From assembly GCA_963762985.1 (NCBI GenBank), contig CAVXMK010000014.1:282625-346624 (forward strand): a stretch of 64,000 nt of DNA. The letters run 5' to 3'. Shown piece by piece: positions 9,001-15,539 of this stretch (positions are counted from its first letter, which is position 1; the number at the start of each line of letters is the position of its first letter). A program made the translations under genes and the position numbers. A model generated the notes under the pieces. The model was not told where the DNA came from. It searched no databases and worked only from the letters and a program-made list of their open reading frames with translations. The stretch comes from an uncultured Chloroflexia bacterium. Lineage in GTDB: Bacteria; Chloroflexota; Chloroflexia; Thermomicrobiales; UBA6265.

Positions 9001-9088
9001 CTGCGAATACCAACAGCTCGCCGACAACACCGATTGCGGCTTCGGCGGTACGTGTGAAGGCGGCGTGTGCATCGGGCAGTCTGAATAA
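6035..9088 (+). CDS. Giant secreted Cys-rich protein: RR leader, about 75-aa polybasic tail, pentapeptide repeats, about 10 Stig1-like Cys modules
   Basis: Leader MDNAAFDRLARLLGSGASRRHTLRALITAALVGG. Tail is KDKKNRAKNRKQG...KKKNQNKNKQKRKKKKKKNSNGG. The pentapeptide block is collinear with the 2008 paralog. The motif D-x-x-(N/H)-C-G-x-C-x-x-x-C occurs about 12 times. GGGGGAG precedes the ATG. Confidence 0.9.
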   Translation: MDNAAFDRLARLLGSGASRRHTLRALITAALVGGTADELLAKDKKNRAKNRKQGNDRDGNNDKDKDKNKDRRNGRGGQANAEAKKKNQNKNKQKRKKKKKKNSNGGNSGGNSCAGTPLQPGQDFVDCDFSDANLRGENLKGSLFKNVDLTDADLCGADLESSSFADTTLVDANLTDVNLDSSSHSKGDFSGANLTNATFRVATFSKVDFSGADLTGADFTGATLDDTDFAGAVFCRTIHPNGNVDNRDCDICDNECGLCEDCDDEDCTPPDCCPNPEGPGGICVNTDTDPLNCGGCDAACFTNLSNACVDGECVCGNEPECSGGETCCRGEGGGATRCIDTDTDPLHCGACDEACLIPLNPCLSVECQGGQCVEVGAADGTPCELEGDPGVCCAAGSSVTCVVGTECCSNAQCDSGEACCEGQCIDVEDDPNNCGGCDVICLTPTNPCLTNECIEGGCVDGTLSDGTECAFVDDTGVCCASGGTSTCVFGAECCTDAQCGTGQSCCGGQCLNTQTDFDRCGSCTNQCPATKADACVGGDCVCGEEPECNGNQTCCPGEGGNPASCLNLNNDTLNCGACGFACLIPTNPCLAVECQEGGCVEVPVLNGSACAVGEVGGICCASGETSACIVGAECCDSSVCEATEACCENQCIDVQDNFDNCGECGNSCTDSVNQCFHRDCVQGECQTLPDEDGEPCFAGEEGICCASTPTTSICIGGGQCCTDLECPEGDSCCDNTCFETSSDFDHCGGCDGCDPDLADTCVEGTCVCGTTGAACGAGETCCNGQCVDTDTDTDNCGTCGNACDPPLNSCNTVLCLEGTCNNFADPDGTICVEGQDEGVCCFDDNAAVCLAGAQCCSDSGCDVTEACCDNQCVNPNTDFDHCGICTNACIEGKADACFNGQCVCGSEFQCSETETCCNGQCVDTSNDLENCGSCGETCGANETCVESGCVCPGIPCEGQCLAEGPDVCCLLADCETRLCYLLLGCNGNVCEYQQLADNTDCGFGGTCEGGVCIGQSE

Positions 9089-9096
9089 CTCTCCAT

Positions 9097-9125
9097 CGAG
9101 GCCCGGGAATGTTTCCCGGGCCTCG
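9097..9125 (+). terminator. Terminator-like hairpin, paralog copy
   Basis: CGAGGCCCGGGAA-TGT-TTCCCGGGCCTCG, 9 nt after the stop. Near-identical to 3858-3887. Confidence 0.6.
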
Positions 9126-9212
9126 CTGCGTGAGTCGGGCGGTTCGGCATCGAGGACCTATCCAGCTCTTCATTGGAAGGGGACAGAAGGGCCAAAGCCC
9201 GCGCGCGGACAT

Positions 9213-9250
9213 CGTGTCATGCTGAGCGAAGCGAAGCATCTCGGCTCATG
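9213..9250. repeat. Half copy of the GTCATGCTGAGC...GCGAAGCATCTCGG palindromic element
   Basis: GTGTCATGCTGAGCGAAGCGAAGCATCTCGGCTC. Full palindromic copies are at 26829-26919 and 54568-54658. Confidence 0.65.
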
Positions 9251-9957
9251 GCCCCGCCCGTTCGCTGATGTCCAGATTCCCCCGGCTTTTCCTCCAGAGT
9301 GACACAACGCGGCACGACGCTGTAAGTAACTTCGGCGTACGTACGTCCAATATTTCTGAGGGTGTCCTATTTTGGCCTCCTCAATCCGTCTTTAGAGGTA
9401 GAGGGGGCAGCACACCGCGCCGGATCCCGTCGGCCCCCGGCGCCATCTGCCCCTGGCCCGCGCCTGACGCCCCAGGCGCGGTGCCCGCCGCGGTCCCCCG
9501 CACCCCGCCCCGAGATCGGCCATCTCGCTCCGGGCTCGCGGGCTTCCCCGCGCGGCCTGTCCGCTATCCGCGTCGACACGACCCTGCGCTGACCGTGCAG
9601 CACACCGGCACGACCGATCCTCCGCCAGCTCATCTCCGGCGTCGGCCGCACCCCCTGTGCGGCCCCGCACTCCCCGGCCTGTCGCGTACAGGCGCCGCCC
9701 AGGGCGTTGGGCAGCGGGGGGGTCCGGCGGTCCTGGCGGGGCCGGCGGCCCCGAACTGCATCCGAGGTCTGCCCCTCCTGGGCCCCGCTCCGCATGGAGT
9801 GGACCCAAGGGGGATCTCGTCATGCCCGCAAAACCTCACCCGAGCTCCGCCATCCCCTGGCCCGAACGGGAATGATGAGCGGCGGGTTGACGCCCACCGG
9901 CAGACTCCTTACTCTCCAGCACCATGCACCCCATCCACGCGGCAATACCACCCCCCA

Positions 9958-10020
9958 TCACCCTATGACCCCATCACCCTGTCACCCTAACACCCTAACA
10001 CCCTATCACCCTCCACCCCC
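9958..10020. repeat. Tandem 8-nt array (CACCCTNN, about 8 units) abutting a start codon
   Basis: CACCCTAT GACCCCAT CACCCTGT CACCCTAA CACCCTAA CACCCTAT CACCCTCC ACCCCC, then ATG at 10021. Confidence 0.75.
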
Positions 10021-10692
10021 ATGACTGACCGCCCCCCCCTCCAACCCGGCCTCGATGCCCTCGCCACCGTCGAGGCCGCCGCCGTCACCCTCCTCGGCGT
10101 CGCCCGCCAACGCGGCCTCGATGGCGACCTCGACGTCGGCGAAGACGCCGTCGTCGTCCTTCGCGCCGCCCAGTGCCAGGACGAGCAGCACTACCACGCT
10201 CTGCTCGCCGCCGGCGGCCTCCCCGTCGCGGAAAACTTCACCATCCCGGAGGAAACCGTCACCGACCGCACCCTGCTCCTCGTCGCCATCCTCGAGCTGA
10301 AGGCCATCGGCATCGCCGGCTACATGGCCCTCGCCCGCGCCTGGGCCGCGCGGCGCGAGACGGAGCAGGTCGAAATCGCCTACGCCATGGGCATCGTCGA
10401 GGCCCAGCACCTGACGCTGGCCCACGCCCTCGTCGGCGTCACCCCCGCCAACGACCGCGCCTTCGCCCGCTGGCTCTTCGCTGACCCCGCCGAAGCCCTC
10501 GCCGCCCTGCAAGCCCTCGCTTTGCTGGAAGGCCCCGGCGACCCCGTCCCCTTCCCCGGCCCCCTCGACCGCGTCTGCCGCGGCGTCTTCGGTCTCACCC
10601 CGGAGACCACCGCCACCATGACCCTGCCCCGACCCCCGGTTGGAGAAGCCGCCGTGCCCCAGGGACCGCGGGTGATAACCGGGGACGGCTAA
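10021..10692 (+). CDS. Hypothetical protein, possibly ferritin-like four-helix domain
   Basis: Codon-plausible 223-aa ORF. Helical segments (LLLVAILELKAIGIAGYMALA, IAYAMGIVEAQHLTLAHAL) loosely resemble ferritin-like/DUF4439-type proteins. No SD is visible because the octamer array sits directly upstream. Confidence 0.45.
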   Translation: MTDRPPLQPGLDALATVEAAAVTLLGVARQRGLDGDLDVGEDAVVVLRAAQCQDEQHYHALLAAGGLPVAENFTIPEETVTDRTLLLVAILELKAIGIAGYMALARAWAARRETEQVEIAYAMGIVEAQHLTLAHALVGVTPANDRAFARWLFADPAEALAALQALALLEGPGDPVPFPGPLDRVCRGVFGLTPETTATMTLPRPPVGEAAVPQGPRVITGDG

Positions 10693-10764
10693 TCGCCTCG
10701 ACCCCCCGGAACTTCAACATCTTCAACACCTTCCGACAACCACGCCAAAATCCGATACGAGTAA

Positions 10765-10826
10765 GCCCCCCTCGCCCTGCGCACAGGGCCGGGTGCCCTC
10801 TGGGCGGCGGGGTTGGGGGGTGAGGC
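10765..10826. repeat. Copy of the AAGCCCC..GGGCCGGGTGCCCTCTGGGCGGCGG..GGGGTGAGG element
   Basis: Core GGGTGCCCTCTGGGCGGCGG at 10791-10810. The same core occurs at 15668, 19729 and 57207, and in reverse complement at about 57106-57125. Confidence 0.7.
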
Positions 10827-10971
10827 CGATCCACCGGTCCCGAAGTCATCACCAGCGGAGACTGATTCCGCCGCCCCTATTGTGACGACGCGTTCCGCCC
10901 CCTACACTCTTGAACGAAAGAAGGCAGGACTCAGCGACTCGCGGCCGGGTCTCGCGGGGGTGGCTGGCGGC

Positions 10972-11715
10972 ATGACCCAACGCGGCGACTTCGACGACCA
11001 GAACGGCATTACCCGGGCCGACGAGCCCGGCCGCTTCGCGCCGCGCCGCCTGCTCGGCGGGCGCCCGCTCTCCATGTACGCCGTGCTCATCGCCGGCGTC
11101 GGCGTGCTGGCGGCCCTGCTCGGCATCCTCATCGTCACCACCCGCGGCGACGAACCCCCGCCCATCACCTGCCTGCCGGTCACCCTGGAAGAAGGCGAAT
11201 CCCTCGTCCGCGCCGGGGAGGTCGGCCGTATCAACGTCCTTACCGAGCGCGGCAAACCGCAGACCGGCCCCATCGCCGTCACCCTCGATCTGAACAACGG
11301 CAGTTGCCGCGAGCTGCCGAAAGGCGTCGCCGCCCAGCGCGATCTCTACGTCGCCGTCGGCGTCGTCACCGTCCACAACCAGACCCAACCGGCCGACAAC
11401 CGCGTGCGCATCGTCTGGGAAGAGCAGGCCAATATCCCCCTGCCCCTGCTCGCCACTAACACCCCCACCCCACTCCCCACGAATACCCCGCTCCCCACCG
11501 CGACACCGGCGCCCCCAACCCCGACGCCCATTCCGCCCACCCCCACCCCCGAGCCACCGACTCCGACACCCGAGCCCCCGACACCAACCCCGGAACCTCC
11601 GACCCCGACCCCCGAACCCCCGCCCGCCACGCCGATGGCGGCGGTCGACGCCTCCACCCCCGAGGCGACGCCCAGGCGCACGGCCGAAGAGGCCACGCCG
11701 CAGGGTGAGGGGTGA
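10972..11715 (+). CDS. Membrane-anchored protein with Pro/Thr-rich C-terminal linker
   Basis: ATG at 10972 inside track ORF 10813. One TM segment (MYAVLIAGVGVLAALLGILIV), a small extracytoplasmic domain, then a (PTPTPEP)n low-complexity region. Confidence 0.6.
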   Translation: MTQRGDFDDQNGITRADEPGRFAPRRLLGGRPLSMYAVLIAGVGVLAALLGILIVTTRGDEPPPITCLPVTLEEGESLVRAGEVGRINVLTERGKPQTGPIAVTLDLNNGSCRELPKGVAAQRDLYVAVGVVTVHNQTQPADNRVRIVWEEQANIPLPLLATNTPTPLPTNTPLPTATPAPPTPTPIPPTPTPEPPTPTPEPPTPTPEPPTPTPEPPPATPMAAVDASTPEATPRRTAEEATPQGEG

Positions 11716-11799
11716 CCGGTTTCGGGTAGTGGGGTCTCGCGCGTCGATGAGGCGAAGCCAGCGCCGGTTTTGCCCCTCTCCCACCGCTTTCGACCGCCG

Positions 11800-12138
11800 T
11801 CAATCCATCGTGCCGGGCACGCAGAATCCCCCGTCGCAGACGAGATCGTCTTCGCCGTCGCAGCAATCGCGCGTATCGAGGCAGCGCTTGCCCTGGGTGC
11901 TGCACCGGCAGCGGCCCTTCTTCTTGCCCCGGCGCGTGCGGCAGCGCCCGGAGCAGCATTGTCCGTTCCGCTTGCAGCGGCTGGTGACGCCCCGACACCC
12001 GTTGCTTTGCGCGGTCGATGGCGTCGCGTCGAGCGCACCGCCAGCGGCCGAGGCCACGGCCACGGCAGCGAGCATCTCTCGCCGGGTCCGCGCTCGAGCC
12101 AGCGCGGTCAGCATCGCGTCGAACCGGTCATTGCTCAC
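11800..12138 (-). CDS. Small secreted knottin-like Cys-rich protein with FD..L..RR leader
   Basis: GTG at 12138 is preceded by AGGAGG (12145-12150) at 6-nt spacing. Leader VSNDRFDAMLTALARARTRREMLAAVAVASAAGG. Cys pattern C-x6-C-x5-CC-x3-C-x10-C with a basic loop RTRRGKKKGR. Confidence 0.7.
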   Translation of the reverse strand: MSNDRFDAMLTALARARTRREMLAAVAVASAAGGALDATPSTAQSNGCRGVTSRCKRNGQCCSGRCRTRRGKKKGRCRCSTQGKRCLDTRDCCDGEDDLVCDGGFCVPGTMD

Positions 12139-12392
12139 GTGAGACCTCCTCGCCAGGCGACTCCGGTAACGAAAAACCAGCCAATTTTGCCCCAATCCCC
12201 AAATTGGGCTCTATTATGACTTGCTGAAACGCTGCGTAAGTGTCACTATGCCACTGACCCGCGTATCGCCGCGCATCGGCCCCATCTGGGCCGGAGGAGC
12301 AGTGGAGGTAAACAGCGCCAGGTGGGCGCGAATTGCTACGCCGTTCGCGGGTAAACACGACACCCCTCGTGGTGGAGGGAGGGAGCAGCACG

Positions 12393-12641
12393 ATGGACAA
12401 CCGCTATCCGGATCGACTTGCCACCCCGCGGCTGCCGCGCCGTCCCACGCGCCGCGCGCTGATCGCCGGCGCGGCCGGGCTCCTGCTCGCCGCGGGTTCC
12501 GCCGCCGGGTTCCTCATCGAGGATGCCGAGGCGCGCCGCGTTCGCAAGCGGCACCGCAACCGCAACCACAATCGAAGCCAGGAAAACAGTATCAGCATCC
12601 CCGGCCAGCCTGGGGAACCCGGCGAGGATGGCGAGCCGTAG
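12393..12641 (+). CDS. Small RR-leader protein with polybasic tail and short collagen-like end
   Basis: ATG preceded by GGAGGGAGGGAG. RRPTRRALIAGAAGLLLAAG leader, AEA|RRVRKRHRNRNHNRSQEN tail, C-terminal GQPGEPGEDGEP. Confidence 0.65.
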   Translation: MDNRYPDRLATPRLPRRPTRRALIAGAAGLLLAAGSAAGFLIEDAEARRVRKRHRNRNHNRSQENSISIPGQPGEPGEDGEP

Positions 12642-12711
12642 CGCGGCTGGGGTGACAGGCGCTGGGTAGCCGGCCATGGCCCGGACAGCGCAGGAGCAAG
12701 GGGGCGTAACC

Positions 12712-13815
12712 ATGGATGAGCAGCACGCGGACGACACAGCGCAGCGCGGCACGACCCGACGCGGCATCATCGCCGGCACCGCCGCCGCCCTCGTCGGGGC
12801 CATCGGGGCCACGGTGACCGGCGAGCCATCGTCCACTCAGGCGGCCAAGGGCCGCAATCGCCGCCGTCGCGACCGGGACCGGAATCGCAAAGAGAGCAAC
12901 GCCAACGCCACCGGAACCGGCGATGACGCGGGCAAGTCCGAGGCGAACGGTGAGGCCTCCCTCACCGCGGGCGAGACCGGCTCAAGCAACGCCGGGCAGG
13001 ACGGCACCTCCGGTGACGGAGGCCCTACCGGTCAATCCGGAACCAGCGGCGCCGGCGAAGGCGGTGCCAGCGGCTCCAGCACGCCTGGGTCCGGTGGCTC
13101 CGGTGGATCGAGCGCTGCCGGCGAGGGCGGATCGGCCGGAGCGGCGGGCGCGGGCGGAAGCAGCGACGGGGAGAGCGGAGCCGCCGGCGCGGCGGGCACG
13201 AGCGGCGTCGGTCAGGACGGCGCTCCCGGAACGGACGGCCAGGGCGGCGCCGGCGAAGGCGGTCAAGGGACGCCAAGCGGCGCGGGCCAGGCGGGGACCG
13301 GCGGCCAAGGCGAAGTCAGCACCGTCGTCCAGAGCGGCTCCGGTGAAGGTGGCGAGCCGGGCGCAACCGGCGCACCGGGCGCCAGCCAGACCAGCACCGG
13401 TGACAGCGGCACGGGCGAGGCCGGAGCCACCGGTCAACCTGGTGAGAGCCAAAGCAGCACCGGGGCCAGCGGCACGAGCCAGAGCGGCTCGTCCCAGAGC
13501 AGCACCGGCACCGCAGGCACGAGCCAAAGCAGCACCGGCCAGGGCGGCAGCGGCGCCAGCGGCTCCAGCCAGGGCAGCAGCGGCTCAGCGGGGCTGGGCG
13601 GAACCAGCCAGAGCGGCGCGAGCCAGGGCAGCTCCGGCTCCAGTGGCCAGGCGGGACAGGGCGGGCAATCGGGGACGAGCAACGGCAGCAGCACCAGCCA
13701 GAGCGGTGTCGGCACGCCCGGCGAGCCGGGCCAATCAGGCGACGCTGGCTCCAGCCAAGCGGGCGAACCCGGCCAATCGGGCAGCCAGGCGGGCGAATCC
13801 GGCACATCGGGCTAG
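12712..13815 (+). CDS. RR-leader protein with polybasic tail and about 290 aa of Gly/Ser/Thr/Ala/Gln-rich, partly G-x-x periodic sequence
   Basis: ATG at 12712 inside track ORF 12676. TTRRGIIAGTAAALVGAIGA leader and QAA|KGRNRRRRDRDRNRKESN tail. Stretches such as GEPGATGAPGAS, GEAGATGQPGES and GTPGEPGQSGDAGS follow. Confidence 0.65.
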   Translation: MDEQHADDTAQRGTTRRGIIAGTAAALVGAIGATVTGEPSSTQAAKGRNRRRRDRDRNRKESNANATGTGDDAGKSEANGEASLTAGETGSSNAGQDGTSGDGGPTGQSGTSGAGEGGASGSSTPGSGGSGGSSAAGEGGSAGAAGAGGSSDGESGAAGAAGTSGVGQDGAPGTDGQGGAGEGGQGTPSGAGQAGTGGQGEVSTVVQSGSGEGGEPGATGAPGASQTSTGDSGTGEAGATGQPGESQSSTGASGTSQSGSSQSSTGTAGTSQSSTGQGGSGASGSSQGSSGSAGLGGTSQSGASQGSSGSSGQAGQGGQSGTSNGSSTSQSGVGTPGEPGQSGDAGSSQAGEPGQSGSQAGESGTSG

Positions 13816-13910
13816 ACCTCGCGGCCAGGACCTGTCATAGTCCGCACCAGGGAGAAACGGGGACAACCGAAATCGGGCGCAGGGGCATCGGGATGGGGGG
13901 GATCACCGAC

Positions 13911-14201
13911 ATGGACGCGTGCGACGCGGACATCGAGCAGAGTCAGCGCACACGGCCAGGCAACTCGCGCCGCGCCGTCATCGCGGCCACGGCGGCGGCG
14001 TTGCTGGGGACTATGGGCGTTGTCGCCACCAGTGACATGACCGACGCCAGACGACGCGGCCGTAAGAGCAAGAATCGCAACAACAACCAGAGCAACGCCG
14101 TCAGCGTTGGCCAGGGTGGACCGGGCGGCGCCGGCGGCGCCGGTGGCAATGTCATCGTCAACTGCGACCCCGGCTTCACGAATTGCGAGATCGTTGATTG
14201 A
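13911..14201 (+). CDS. Small RR-leader protein with polybasic tail, Gly run and C-terminal two-Cys motif
   Basis: NSRRAVIAATAAALLG leader, TDA|RRRGRKSKNRNNNQSN tail, then GQGGPGGAGGAGGNVIVNCDPGFTNCEIVD. An alternative ATG at 13893 is equally possible. Confidence 0.6.
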   Translation: MDACDADIEQSQRTRPGNSRRAVIAATAAALLGTMGVVATSDMTDARRRGRKSKNRNNNQSNAVSVGQGGPGGAGGAGGNVIVNCDPGFTNCEIVD

Positions 14202-14248
14202 CCGCGCGGCCACGATGCCGTGACCCGCGCCAGACAAGGAACACCACG

Positions 14249-14677
14249 ATGAGCACCCGCACGCACCAACCCAACCCGCGGCCATCCGCCGCGCCGAGCA
14301 TCACCCGGCGCGGCCTCGTCGTTGCCGCGTCATCCAGTCTCGTCGCCCTGCTGGGTATTGCTGCCGATTCCGCAGGGACCGAAGCCCGGCGGCGGCGCGG
14401 CCGCAAAGGCAAAGGCCGCCACTCGTCCAGCTCGGCCACGGGCGGCTCCGGTGGCAGCGCCGGGCATGGCGGGACCAGCATCCCAGGGCTCCCAGGCAGC
14501 GGCGGATCGAACGGCTCCAGCGGTTCGTCCGGAACGAGCAACCCAGGCAGTCCGGGGGGCGGCGGCACCAACCCCGGCGGTGGGGGGACCCCTGGCGGTG
14601 CCCAGACCGGCACGCCCGGCGCGAACGGTCAATCGGACACCACCCCGACCGTTGGCACCCCGGGCGCTAGCGGCTGA
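14249..14677 (+). CDS. Small RR-leader protein with polybasic tail and Gly/Ser/Pro-rich body
   Basis: ATG at 14249 preceded by AAGGAA. ITRRGLVVAASSSLVALLG leader, TEA|RRRRGRKGKGRHSSSS tail, then GGSGGSAGHGGTSIPGLPGSGGSNGSSGSSGTSNPGSPGGGG... Confidence 0.65.
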   Translation: MSTRTHQPNPRPSAAPSITRRGLVVAASSSLVALLGIAADSAGTEARRRRGRKGKGRHSSSSATGGSGGSAGHGGTSIPGLPGSGGSNGSSGSSGTSNPGSPGGGGTNPGGGGTPGGAQTGTPGANGQSDTTPTVGTPGASG

Positions 14678-14729
14678 GGCCGGTTCTAACCGGATGCCCA
14701 TGGCAACCCGGCCCCATGCCCCAACGCCC

Positions 14730-14832
14730 GTAGGGGCGCCGCTTGCTGCGCCCGTGGCCCGGAGGGCCACAACCGGTTGCGGCCGCATCTTGTCGGCCTG
14801 CGGCCGACGGGCGCAGCAAGCGGCGCCCCTAC
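14730..14832. repeat. Long perfect inverted repeat (26-nt arms, 51-nt spacer) between convergent genes; likely bidirectional terminator
   Basis: GTAGGGGCGCCGCTTGCTGCGCCCGT (14730-14755) pairs with ACGGGCGCAGCAAGCGGCGCCCCTAC (14807-14832). The spacer holds the smaller hairpin GGCCC-GGA-GGGCC. Confidence 0.7.
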
Positions 14833-14856
14833 AACCCGGTCGACGCTCCCGACGCC

Positions 14857-15333
14857 TCATCCAATCTCGAACGCAAACTCCCACTGCGGACTCTCGGCCG
14901 TGCTGCTCTTCGCCGCCGTCAGGCTCATCTGCCCGCTGGCCCCGGCGTAATCCCCGGTCCCCCCGGTGATGGCGAAGGCCCCCGTACCGTCGTCGTAAAA
15001 CGGCCCGGTCACCACCAACGAGCCGTGCTCCAGCGTGTTCGTGAACGTGCAGTCCCACGATTCGCCCACCACGGTGCGCATGCACGACCCATGGCTGCGC
15101 CCGACCAGATTGACGTTCTGATCGTCGTACAACTCGTTACTGAAAACCAGCGTGTCGCCCACCGAGTCGCCCTCGTCGCTGAGGTCGACCACCTGTTCAT
15201 CCGTGACGTGCTCGATCAAGACCAGCGTCTCCTGCGCCGCCGCGGGCACACCGCCGCGCACGCTGGTGAAGTAGCCCGCGAGCAGCAGGGCAAGCGTGGC
15301 GGCAACGGCGAGGAGCGCGCTATTCCGGGCCAT
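14857..15333 (-). CDS. Secreted dirigent / allene-oxide-cyclase-like beta-barrel protein
   Basis: ATG at 15333 preceded by GGGAGGGGAGG. Sec-type signal MARNSALLAVAATLALLLAG. Pattern D..GDS.GD.LVF...LYD....NLVG...G.C......W.C..T..L..GSL...G......G..AITGGTGDYAGA.G is typical of this fold, recalled from memory. Confidence 0.6.
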   Translation of the reverse strand: MARNSALLAVAATLALLLAGYFTSVRGGVPAAAQETLVLIEHVTDEQVVDLSDEGDSVGDTLVFSNELYDDQNVNLVGRSHGSCMRTVVGESWDCTFTNTLEHGSLVVTGPFYDDGTGAFAITGGTGDYAGASGQMSLTAAKSSTAESPQWEFAFEIG

Positions 15334-15539
15334 GATGACCTCCCCTCCCAGCCCAGGCTGGGAACGCATGCGCCGCGGACCTGGCACCGGTCGAATCTGC
15401 ACCGGGGTCCGGTGGCGTGCGCATCGTACGCCCAACATTGGTGCTGTCAAGTGGCGAATGGATTGGTAGTTCCATCCCGGAACCGATCTCGCCCCGACAA
15501 CGCCCCCTCATTCCCGGCTCCTCTCCCCTGGGACAACGG

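Noticed and set aside
9958-10020. Possibility that the 7-nt and 8-nt arrays are CRISPR arrays.
   Set aside because: The units are contiguous with no spacers, the period is only 7-8 nt, and no cas genes are present. They are microsatellite-like, not CRISPR.
12170-12260. Divergent promoters in the AT-richer gap (for example TTGCTG-N17-CACTAT toward 12393).
   Set aside because: The hexamers are plausible, but I cannot distinguish them from chance without transcription-start data, so they are not listed as features.
12712-13815. Calling the Gly-rich proteins true bacterial collagens.
   Set aside because: G-x-x periodicity holds only over short stretches and is frequently broken (GG, SS and Q-rich runs). 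There is no long uninterrupted triplet region, so I describe them only as partly collagen-like low complexity.
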